NCBI GenBank assembly: GCA_025594325.1
Contig: JANHCV010000007.1
Coordinates: 1 to 64,000 of the forward strand
Length of the DNA: 64,000 nt
Reading direction: 5' to 3'
Source: Blastocladiella emersonii ATCC 22665
Taxonomy: Eukaryota > Fungi > Blastocladiomycota
A model generated the notes under the pieces. That model made no database searches. It was given only the letters and a program-made list of their open reading frames with translations, and was not told the origin of the DNA. A program made the position numbers and the translations under genes. How positions within the stretch are numbered: the stretch's first letter is position 1; every line of letters starts with the position of its first letter. Of the stretch, positions 1 to 11,368 are shown one piece after another.

Positions 1-445
1 CACAAGCACCAAGCTAGGGTGGCCGGGCGGCCATGGAACGTACTGCATGGGTACCATTACCGTGGACTGGCCGCGGCCATTAATCGCAGCACAGCCCTGC
101 CTGGCTCAGGACGCGGCGGGCGTGGGAGGCGGGTTGGGTAGATAGGTAGCAGCAGCAGCACCTGGCTAGCTGGCTGTCAAACAACACGAGTGAAGGGGTG
201 CGTGAGGGAGGGTGTGTTGAATGAATGGATGGGTGGATGCAAGCAGACCTTCATACGTGTCGTGCGTGATGAGGATTGGTTGGCCACCATCCACCAACGC
301 CATGGCATGGCTGCGGGTGTCGCTGCGTGCGCCTTGGCGGGTGGTGTTGGTGGGTGGTGTTGGTGGTGGGTGCTGTGGTGGTAGTGGAGCTAAAGTGGTG
401 TCGTGGGGCTCTTGGGGTCCCCTTTCCTTCCTGTCTGGCCTAGGT

Positions 446-464
446 GGGTGGGTGGGTGGGTGGG
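446..464 (+). other. G-quadruplex-forming motif GGG(TGGG)4, one per unit (representative copy)
   Basis: Five GGG tracts separated by single T. Fits the G3-N1-7 rule with 1-nt loops. Confidence 0.75.
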
Positions 465-653
465 CGGACGTAGCGCGCATGCGGGCGGGCAAGGTAGGAA
501 CGTTGCTCACGCAATGGATCATGTATTTCATGGAACGTAGTCTGGACAGCAGCAGAGAGGGGGATGTCCGGCCCAACCGGACCCTCCACGAATCACAATA
601 TGCACGCAATGAATTGACCGATGATAGGGCCGTACCAAACCAGCCACGTAGAC

Positions 654-1970
654 AATTGTCATGGTAGTCGAACAAAACCATATTCAAATCTTTGACTACA
701 CGCTTGTCCAGCTAGCCAGGGACCCATAAATCACAGTATCGACCCAACTAAATATTTGACAACAGAAAAATAGTAAACCAACCTCGTACATAATTGTCAT
801 GGTACTCAAACAAAACCATATTCAAAACCTTGACTTCCCGCATGTCCAGCTGGCCAGGGACCCACAAATCACAGTATCGAACCAACAAAGTATCTGACAA
901 CAGAAATATGGTAAAACAGCCACGCGGATAATTGTCATGGTACTCAATCAAAACCATATGTTAATCTTTGCTTTCCTGCATGTCCAGCTGGCCAGGGACC
1001 CAAAAGTCCCAGTATCGAACCAACAAAGTATCTGACAACAGAAATATAGTAAACGATCCACGCAGATCATTGTCGTGGTACTTAATCAAAACCATATTCT
1101 AATCTTTGCTTTCCCGCATGTCAAGCTGGTTGAGGACCCATAAATCGTAAAGTCGAACCAAAAAAATATCTGGCCATAGAAATATAGTAGACCAGCCACT
1201 CTGGCAATTGTCATGGTACTCAAACAAAACCATATTCAAATCTTTGACCTCCCGCATGCCCATGTGGGCAAGGACCTATAGATCAGAGTATCGTACCAAG
1301 AAAATATCTGACCATGGAAATATAGTATACCAGCCACGTAGGTAATTGTCATGGTACTCAAACGAAACCATAGTCAAGTCTTTGACTATTCACATGTCCA
1401 GCTGGTTGAGGACCCATAAATCGTAACGTCAAAGCAACAATATTTCCGACCATGGAAGTATAGTAAACCAGCCACTCTGGCAATTGTCATGGTACTCAAA
1501 CAAAACCATACTCAACTCTATGACTTCCCACATGTCCAGCAGGTTGGACACCCACAAATCACAGTATCAAACCAACAAAATATCTGACCACAGGAGTATA
1601 TATAACCGACCACGTAGGTAATTGTCTTGATACTCAAACAAAACCATATTCAAATCTTTCACTTCCCGCTTGTCCAGCTAGCCAGGGACCCATGAATCAC
1701 AGTATCACAGCAACACAATATCTGACCAAAGAAATATCGTAAACCAGCCACGTAGATAATTGTCATGGTACTCAAACAAAACCATACTCAAATCTTCGAG
1801 CGCCCCATGTCCAGGTGGGCAAGGGCCTATAAATCACAGTATTGAACCAAGGAAATACCTGACTGACGATCGGGATGTATCAAACCTGCCACGCTGATAA
1901 TTGTCATGGTACTCAAACATAACCATACTCAGCCAAATCTTCGCATACCCTCACGTCCAGGTGGGCAAGG
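654..1970. repeat. Block of 138-bp satellite monomers (representative, unit 1)
   Basis: The core AATTGTCATGGTACTCAAACAAAACCATA (or a close variant) starts at 654, 792, 930, 1068, 1206, 1344, 1482, 1620, 1758 (138-bp period) and 1899 (preceding monomer is 141 bp). Sequence between cores is homologous but diverged. Confidence 0.97.
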
Positions 1971-1974
1971 AACC

Positions 1975-2004
1975 AAAGCGCCAGATATTCAAATCTACCG
2001 CTTT
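1975..2004. other. Imperfect stem-loop at the end of the monomer block (one per unit)
   Basis: AAAGCG-cc-AGAT-attcaa-ATCT-ac-CGCTTT: the arm pairs AAAGCG/CGCTTT and AGAT/ATCT are reverse complements. Confidence 0.5.
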
Positions 2005-2973
2005 GTGCACACTCCACTAGCCAACTCTTCGATCCCCTAATTATGGAGCCCGTCGTCAAAGTACACGGTCCAATCAACCAAGTAAACAGCCAACCTGCCA
2101 ACTTGCCTACCTGCTATCCGAACACCCACACCGCCTTGCAAGTCATTGGGGGCCCGCGCTCTCTGGTTGCCGTCCCGGCCAACAAAGGAAGGAATGATGA
2201 GCCCTGGCAGCCTGGCAGCCTGCCACTCTGACAGCTCGACTGACAGCGCCCACCCAGTAGATATTATCTATCTCGTAGGTAGTCTGCGAGGACTTTGTTA
2301 GTCAATACACGACCAGTCTCCTCCTGGCTGCCGGCTCTGCTGTCCACTCCAAGTCCTGCATGATGATGGGCCATGGAGGGTTCAGAGCAGCTCCTCTGTC
2401 TATCCGCGTGAAACCACTCACCCGCTGACGGATGTACACCGCGCACCGTGCAGCGCGCACAGCACACAGCGCCCGACGCACCACGCGGTGCGCACAAGGC
2501 GCAAACGGCCACCCTGGTGTCACACACACTCGCATGAACGGCAGGCATGCAAGGCGTCCCCAACTCAACAATGATTTATCATCCAGGCTTACTACTCGCT
2601 CCAACGGGTGCGCCTGCCTGCCCTCCCAGTGCCGTTGATTGATTGATGGATGGGTGCGCCAGCCCCTATTGCCAGCCAAGTGGCAAGCAACACCACAGCA
2701 CCTGCGTCGCCCTGGCCACCGTACCTTGCAAACTGCGTAGCAGCCGTACTGCTTCACAGGGCTGCAGAGGGCTGGCTGCGGAGGGCTGAGGCGGCAGGGC
2801 TCCTCCTGCAGGAAGGAGACAGTGCTGGCGCCAAGGAGTGCTAGGGACGACAAACTGAATGGTGAATGACCCACACACCACATGCTCCTGGCAGGAGTGC
2901 GTGTGGGCGTGCGGGCTTGTGTCCGTGCGTGCCTGTGTCCGTGCGTGCCTGGATTAGACCTCCATCACAAGCG

Positions 2974-3047
2974 CCAAGTGACCAAGTGACCAAGTGACCA
3001 AGTGACCAAGTGACCAAGTGACCAAGGTGACCAAGTGACCAAGGTGA
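2974..3047. repeat. (CCAAGTGA)n microsatellite with 9-bp CCAAGGTGA variants (one per unit)
   Basis: Pattern 6x8 + 9 + 8 + 9 bp. Unit 9 (25296-25361) has 5x8, which explains its 2627-bp length. Confidence 0.97.
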
Positions 3048-3049
3048 CA

Positions 3050-5684
3050 CACAAGCACCAAGCTAGGGTGGCCGGGCGGCCATGGAACGTACTGCATGGG
3101 TACCATTACCGTGGACTGGCCGCGGCCATTAATCGCAGCACAGCCCTGCCTGGCTCAGGACGCGGCGGGCGTGGGAGGCGGGTTGGGTAGATAGGTAGCA
3201 GCAGCAGCACCTGGCTAGCTGGCTGTCAAACAACACGAGTGAAGGGGTGCGTGAGGGAGGGTGTGTTGAATGAATGGATGGGTGGATGCAAGCAGACCTT
3301 CATACGTGTCGTGCGTGATGAGGATTGGTTGGCCACCATCCACCAACGCCATGGCATGGCTGCGGGTGTCGCTGCGTGCGCCTTGGCGGGTGGTGTTGGT
3401 GGGTGGTGTTGGTGGTGGGTGCTGTGGTGGTAGTGGAGCTAAAGTGGTGTCGTGGGGCTCTTGGGGTCCCCTTTCCTTCCTGTCTGGCCTAGGTGGGTGG
3501 GTGGGTGGGTGGGCGGACGTAGCGCGCATGCGGGCGGGCAAGGTAGGAACGTTGCTCACGCAATGGATCATGTATTTCATGGAACGTAGTCTGGACAGCA
3601 GCAGAGAGGGGGATGTCCGGCCCAACCGGACCCTCCACGAATCACAATATGCACGCAATGAATTGACCGATGATAGGGCCGTACCAAACCAGCCACGTAG
3701 ACAATTGTCATGGTAGTCGAACAAAACCATATTCAAATCTTTGACTACACGCTTGTCCAGCTAGCCAGGGACCCATAAATCACAGTATCGACCCAAAAAA
3801 ATATCTGGCCATAGAAATATAGTAGACCAGCCACTCTGGCAATTGTCATGGTACTCAAACAAAACCATATTCAAATCTTTGACCTCCCGCATGCCCATGT
3901 GGGCAAGGACCTATAGATCAGAGTATCGTACCAAGAAAATATCTGACCATGGAAATATAGTATACCAGCCACGTAGGTAATTGTCACGGCACTCAAACGA
4001 AACCATAGTCAAGTCTTTGACTATTCACATGTCCAGCTGGTTGAGGACCCATAAATCGTAACGTCAAAGCAACAATATTTCCGACCATGGAAGTATAGTA
4101 AACCAGCCACTCTGGCAATTGTCATGGTACTCAAACAAAACCATACTCAACTCTATGACTTCCCACATGTCCAGCAGGTTGGACACCCACAAATCACAGT
4201 ATCAAACCAACAAAATATCTGACCACAGGAGTATATATAACCGACCACGTAGGTAATTGTCTTGATACTCAAACAAAACCATATTCAAATCTTTCACCTC
4301 CCGCTTGTCCAGCTAGCCAGGGACCCATAAATCACAGTATCACAGCAACACAATATCTGACCAAAGAAATATCGTAAACCAGCCACGTAGATAATTGTCA
4401 TGGTACTCAAACAAAACCATACTCAAATCTTCGAGCGCCCCATGTCCAGGTGGGCAAGGGCCTATAAATCACAGTATTGAACCAAGGAAATACCTGACTG
4501 ACGATCGGGATGTATCAAACCTGCCACGCTGATAATTGTCATGGTACTCAAACATAACCATACTCAGCCAAATCTTCGCATACCCTCACGTCCAGGTGGG
4601 CAAGGAACCAAAGCGCCAGATATTCAAATCTACCGCTTTGTGCACACTCCACTAGCCAACTCTTCGATCCCCTAATTATGGAGCCCGTCGTCAAAGTACA
4701 CGGTCCAATCAACCAAGTAAACAGCCAACCTGCCAACTTGCCTACCTGCTATCCGAACACCCACACCGCCTTGCAAGTCATTGGGGGCCCGCGCTCTCTG
4801 GTTGCCGTCCCGGCCAACAAAGGAAGGAATGATGAGCCCTGGCAGCCTGGCAGCCTGCCACTCTGACAGCTCGACTGACAGCGCCCACCCAGTAGATATT
4901 ATCTATCTCGTAGGTAGTCTGCGAGGACTTTGTTAGTCAATACACGACCAGTCTCCTCCTGGCTGCCGGCTCTGCTGTCCACTCCAAGTCCTGCATGATG
5001 ATGGGCCATGGAGGGTTCAGAGCAGCTCCTCTGTCTATCCGCGTGAAACCACTCACCCGCTGACGGATGTACACCGCGCACCGTGCAGCGCGCACAGCAC
5101 ACAGCGCCCGACGCACCACGCGGTGCGCACAAGGCGCAAACGGCCACCCTGGTGTCACACACACTCGCATGAACGGCAGGCATGCAAGGCGTCCCCAACT
5201 CAACAATGATTTATCATCCAGGCTTACTACTCGCTCCAACGGGTGCGCCTGCCTGCCCTCCCAGTGCCGTTGATTGATTGATGGATGGGTGCGCCAGCCC
5301 CTATTGCCAGCCAAGTGGCAAGCAACACCACAGCACCTGCGTCGCCCTGGCCACCGTACCTTGCAAACTGCGTAGCAGCCGTACTGCTTCACAGGGCTGC
5401 AGAGGGCTGGCTGCGGAGGGCTGAGGCGGCAGGGCTCCTCCTGCAGGAAGGAGACAGTGCTGGCGCCAAGGAGTGCTAGGGACGACAAACTGAATGGTGA
5501 ATGACCCACACACCACATGCTCCTGGCAGGAGTGCGTGTGGGCGTGCGGGCTTGTGTCCGTGCGTGCCTGTGTCCGTGCGTGCCTGGATTAGACCTCCAT
5601 CACAAGCGCCAAGTGACCAAGTGACCAAGTGACCAAGTGACCAAGTGACCAAGTGACCAAGGTGACCAAGTGACCAAGGTGACA
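3050..5684. repeat. Unit 2, short type S1 (2635 bp)
   Basis: Monomer 1/monomer 4 fusion at about 3793-3796 (GTATCGACCCAA|AAAAATATCTGGCC), 414 bp lost. Private variant TGTCACGGCACTC in monomer 6. Confidence 0.92.
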
Positions 5685-8600
5685 CACAAGCACCAAGCTA
5701 GGGTGGCCGGGCGGCCATGGAACGTACTGCATGGGTACCATTACCGTGGACTGGCCGCGGCCATTAATCGCAGCACAGCCCTGCCTGGCTCAGGACGCGG
5801 CGGGCGTGGGAGGCGGGTTGGGTAGATAGGTAGCAGCAGCAGCACCTGGCTAGCTGGCTGTCAAACAACACGAGTGAAGGGGTGCGTGAGGGAGGGTGTG
5901 TTGAATGAATGGATGGGTGGATGCAAGCAGACCTTCATACGTGTCGTGCGTGATGAGGATTGGTTGGCCACCATCCACCAACGCCATGGCATGGCTGCGG
6001 GTGTCGCTGCGTGCGCCTTGGCGGGTGGTGTTGGTGGGTGGTGTTGGTGGTGGGTGCTGTGGTGGTAGTGGAGCTAAAGTGGTGTCGTGGGGCTCTTGGG
6101 GTCCCCTTTCCTTCCTGTCTGGCCTAGGTGGGTGGGTGGGTGGGTGGGCGGACGTAGCGCGCATGCGGGCGGGCAAGGTAGGAACGTTGCTCACGCAATG
6201 GATCATGTATTTCATGGAACGTAGTCTGGACAGCAGCAGAGAGGGGGATGTCCGGCCCAACCGGACCCTCCACGAATCACAATATGCACGCAATGAATTG
6301 ACCGATGATAGGGCCGTACCAAACCAGCCACGTAGACAATTGTCATGGTAGTCGAACAAAACCATATTCAAATCTTTGACTACACGCTTGTCCAGCTAGC
6401 CAGGGACCCATAAATCACAGTATCGACCCAACTAAATATTTGACAACAGAAAAATAGTAAACCAACCTCGTACATAATTGTCATGGTACTCAAACAAAAC
6501 CATATTCAAAACCTTGACTTCCCGCATGTCCAGCTGGCCAGGGACCCACAAATCACAGTATCGAACCAACAAAGTATCTGACAACAGAAATATGGTAAAA
6601 CAGCCACGCGGATAATTGTCATGGTACTCAATCAAAACCATATGTTAATCTTTGCTTTCCTGCATGTCCAGCTGGCCAGGGACCCAAAAGTCCCAGTATC
6701 GAACCAACAAAGTATCTGACAACAGAAATATAGTAAACGATCCACGCAGATCATTGTCGTGGTACTTAATCAAAACCATATTCTAATCTTTGCTTTCCCG
6801 CATGTCAAGCTGGTTGAGGACCCATAAATCGTAAAGTCGAACCAAAAAAATATCTGGCCATAGAAATATAGTAGACCAGCCACTCTGGCAATTGTCATGG
6901 TACTCAAACAAAACCATATTCAAATCTTTGACCTCCCGCATGCCCATGTGGGCAAGGACCTATAGATCAGAGTATCGTACCAAGAAAATATCTGACCATG
7001 GAAATATAGTATACCAGCCACGTAGGTAATTGTCATGGCACTCAAACGAAACCATAGTCAAGTCTTTGACTATTCACATGTCCAGCTGGTTGAGGACCCA
7101 TAAATCGTAACGTCAAAGCAACAATATTTCCGACCATGGAAGTATAGTAAACCAGCCACTCTGGCAATTGTCATGGTACTCAAACAAAACCATACTCAAC
7201 TCTATGACTTCCCACATGTCCAGCAGGTTGGACACCCACAAATCACAGTATCAAACCAACAAAATATCTGACCACAGGAGTATATATAACCGACCACGTA
7301 GGTAATTGTCTTGATACTCAAACAAAACCATATTCAAATCTTTCACCTCCCGCTTGTCCAGCTAGCCAGGGACCCATAAATCACAGTATCACAGCAACAC
7401 AATATCTGACCAAAGAAATATCGTAAACCAGCCACGTAGATAATTGTCATGGTACTCAAACAAAACCATACTCAAATCTTCGAGCGCCCCATGTCCAGGT
7501 GGGCAAGGGCCTATAAATCACAGTATTGAACCAAGGAAATACCTGACTGACGATCGGGATGTATCAAACCTGCCACGCTGATAATTGTCATGGTACTCAA
7601 ACATAACCATACTCAGCCAAATCTTCGCATACCCTCACGTCCAGGTGGGCAAGGAACCAAAGCGCCAGATATTCAAATCTACCGCTTTGTGCACACTCCA
7701 CTAGCCAACTCTTCGATCCCCTAATTATGGAGCCCGTCGTCAAAGTACACGGTCCAATCAACCAAGTAAACAGCCAACCTGCCAACTTGCCTACCTGCTA
7801 TCCGAACACCCACACCGCCTTGCAAGTCATTGGGGGCCCGCGCTCTCTGGTTGCCGTCCCGGCCAACAAAGGAAGGAATGATGAGCCCTGGCAGCCTGGC
7901 AGCCTGCCACTCTGACAGCTCGACTGACAGCGCCCACCCAGTAGATATTATCTATCTCGTAGGTAGTCTGCGAGGACTTTGTTAGTCAATACACGACCAG
8001 TCTCCTCCTGGCTGCCGGCTCTGCTGTCCACTCCAAGTCCTGCATGATGATGGGCCATGGAGGGTTCAGAGCAGCTCCTCTGTCTATCCGCGTGAAACCA
8101 CTCACCCGCTGACGGATGTACACCGCGCACCGTGCAGCGCGCACAGCACACAGCGCCCGACGCACCACGCGGTGCGCACAAGGCGCAAACGGCCACCCTG
8201 GTGTCACACACACTCGCATGAACGGCAGGCATGCAAGGCGTCCCCAACTCAACAATGATTTATCATCCAGGCTTACTACTCGCTCCAACGGGTGCGCCTG
8301 CCTGCCCTCCCAGTGCCGTTGATTGATTGATGGATGGGTGCGCCAGCCCCTATTGCCAGCCAAGTGGCAAGCAACACCACAGCACCTGCGTCGCCCTGGC
8401 CACCGTACCTTGCAAACTGCGTAGCAGCCGTACTGCTTCACAGGGCTGCAGAGGGCTGGCTGCGGAGGGCTGAGGCGGCAGGGCTCCTCCTGCAGGAAGG
8501 AGACAGTGCTGGCGCCAAGGAGTGCTAGGGACGACAAACTGAATGGTGAATGACCCACACACCACATGCTCCTGGCAGGAGTGCGTGTGGGCGTGCGGGC

Positions 8601-8733
8601 TTGTGTCCGTGCGTGCCTGTGTCCGTGCGTGCCTGGATTAGACCTCCATCACAAGCGCCAAGTGACCAAGTGACCAAGTGACCAAGTGACCAAGTGACCA
8701 AGTGACCAAGGTGACCAAGTGACCAAGGTGACA
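5685..8733. repeat. Unit 3, long type (3049 bp)
   Basis: Full monomer set, ORF spacing 3049. Confidence 0.92.
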
Positions 8734-11368
8734 CACAAGCACCAAGCTAGGGTGGCCGGGCGGCCATGGAACGTACTGCATGGGTACCATTACCGTGGAC
8801 TGGCCGCGGCCATTAATCGCAGCACAGCCCTGCCTGGCTCAGGACGCGGCGGGCGTGGGAGGCGGGTTGGGTAGATAGGTAGCAGCAGCAGCACCTGGCT
8901 AGCTGGCTGTCAAACAACACGAGTGAAGGGGTGCGTGAGGGAGGGTGTGTTGAATGAATGGATGGGTGGATGCAAGCAGACCTTCATACGTGTCGTGCGT
9001 GATGAGGATTGGTTGGCCACCATCCACCAACGCCATGGCATGGCTGCGGGTGTCGCTGCGTGCGCCTTGGCGGGTGGTGTTGGTGGGTGGTGTTGGTGGT
9101 GGGTGCTGTGGTGGTAGTGGAGCTAAAGTGGTGTCGTGGGGCTCTTGGGGTCCCCTTTCCTTCCTGTCTGGCCTAGGTGGGTGGGTGGGTGGGTGGGCGG
9201 ACGTAGCGCGCATGCGGGCGGGCAAGGTAGGAACGTTGCTCACGCAATGGATCATGTATTTCATGGAACGTAGTCTGGACAGCAGCAGAGAGGGGGATGT
9301 CCGGCCCAACCGGACCCTCCACGAATCACAATATGCACGCAATGAATTGACCGATGATAGGGCCGTACCAAACCAGCCACGTAGACAATTGTCATGGTAG
9401 TCGAACAAAACCATATTCAAATCTTTGACTACACGCTTGTCCAGCTAGCCAGGGACCCATAAATCACAGTATCGACCCAAAAAAATATCTGGCCATAGAA
9501 ATATAGTAGACCAGCCACTCTGGCAATTGTCATGGTACTCAAACAAAACCATATTCAAATCTTTGACCTCCCGCATGCCCATGTGGGCAAGGACCTATAG
9601 ATCAGAGTATCGTACCAAGAAAATATCTGACCATGGAAATATAGTATACCAGCCACGTAGGTAATTGTCACGGCACTCAAACGAAACCATAGTCAAGTCT
9701 TTGACTATTCACATGTCCAGCTGGTTGAGGACCCATAAATCGTAACGTCAAAGCAACAATATTTCCGACCATGGAAGTATAGTAAACCAGCCACTCTGGC
9801 AATTGTCATGGTACTCAAACAAAACCATACTCAACTCTATGACTTCCCACATGTCCAGCAGGTTGGACACCCACAAATCACAGTATCAAACCAACAAAAT
9901 ATCTGACCACAGGAGTATATATAACCGACCACGTAGGTAATTGTCTTGATACTCAAACAAAACCATATTCAAATCTTTCACCTCCCGCTTGTCCAGCTAG
10001 CCAGGGACCCATAAATCACAGTATCACAGCAACACAATATCTGACCAAAGAAATATCGTAAACCAGCCACGTAGATAATTGTCATGGTACTCAAACAAAA
10101 CCATACTCAAATCTTCGAGCGCCCCATGTCCAGGTGGGCAAGGGCCTATAAATCACAGTATTGAACCAAGGAAATACCTGACTGACGATCGGGATGTATC
10201 AAACCTGCCACGCTGATAATTGTCATGGTACTCAAACATAACCATACTCAGCCAAATCTTCGCATACCCTCACGTCCAGGTGGGCAAGGAACCAAAGCGC
10301 CAGATATTCAAATCTACCGCTTTGTGCACACTCCACTAGCCAACTCTTCGATCCCCTAATTATGGAGCCCGTCGTCAAAGTACACGGTCCAATCAACCAA
10401 GTAAACAGCCAACCTGCCAACTTGCCTACCTGCTATCCGAACACCCACACCGCCTTGCAAGTCATTGGGGGCCCGCGCTCTCTGGTTGCCGTCCCGGCCA
10501 ACAAAGGAAGGAATGATGAGCCCTGGCAGCCTGGCAGCCTGCCACTCTGACAGCTCGACTGACAGCGCCCACCCAGTAGATATTATCTATCTCGTAGGTA
10601 GTCTGCGAGGACTTTGTTAGTCAATACACGACCAGTCTCCTCCTGGCTGCCGGCTCTGCTGTCCACTCCAAGTCCTGCATGATGATGGGCCATGGAGGGT
10701 TCAGAGCAGCTCCTCTGTCTATCCGCGTGAAACCACTCACCCGCTGACGGATGTACACCGCGCACCGTGCAGCGCGCACAGCACACAGCGCCCGACGCAC
10801 CACGCGGTGCGCACAAGGCGCAAACGGCCACCCTGGTGTCACACACACTCGCATGAACGGCAGGCATGCAAGGCGTCCCCAACTCAACAATGATTTATCA
10901 TCCAGGCTTACTACTCGCTCCAACGGGTGCGCCTGCCTGCCCTCCCAGTGCCGTTGATTGATTGATGGATGGGTGCGCCAGCCCCTATTGCCAGCCAAGT
11001 GGCAAGCAACACCACAGCACCTGCGTCGCCCTGGCCACCGTACCTTGCAAACTGCGTAGCAGCCGTACTGCTTCACAGGGCTGCAGAGGGCTGGCTGCGG
11101 AGGGCTGAGGCGGCAGGGCTCCTCCTGCAGGAAGGAGACAGTGCTGGCGCCAAGGAGTGCTAGGGACGACAAACTGAATGGTGAATGACCCACACACCAC
11201 ATGCTCCTGGCAGGAGTGCGTGTGGGCGTGCGGGCTTGTGTCCGTGCGTGCCTGTGTCCGTGCGTGCCTGGATTAGACCTCCATCACAAGCGCCAAGTGA
11301 CCAAGTGACCAAGTGACCAAGTGACCAAGTGACCAAGTGACCAAGGTGACCAAGTGACCAAGGTGACA
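8734..11368. repeat. Unit 4, short type S1 (2635 bp)
   Basis: Same M1/M4 fusion and CACGGCACTC variant as unit 2. Confidence 0.92.

Larger units (their letters stand above)
1..3049. repeat. Unit 1, long type (3049 bp), carrying the SNP haplotype of the S2 block
   Basis: Nine full monomers plus a degenerate tenth. Has T1355, T1663 and G1694, where units 3, 5, 6 and 12 have C, C, A. Confidence 0.9.

Noticed and set aside
654-1930. CRISPR array (conserved ~29-bp repeat with ~109-bp spacers)
   Set aside because: The spacers are homologous to each other and too long, there are no cas genes, and the context is eukaryotic.
654-1970. 138 bp = 46 codons, read as a repeat protein (MVLFEYHDNY..) possibly with stop-codon reassignment
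   Set aside because: Translating monomers 1-8 in that frame gives TAG (M1, M4, M5, M8), TAA (M3) and TGA (M6, M7, M8) stops. Use of all three stop types argues against recoding, and only M2 is open.
2974-3047. (CCAAGTGA)n or the TG-rich tract as true telomeric repeats
   Set aside because: They are internal and fixed in copy number and match no telomere repeat I recognise. The G-rich tract also points toward the gene block rather than toward a possible left end.
166-3050. The ~14 short ORFs repeated in every array unit as protein-coding genes
   Set aside because: They overlap on both strands, reflect simple-sequence composition (HPP, GGW, WSLGHLVT) and show no domain. They recur only because the DNA is repeated.
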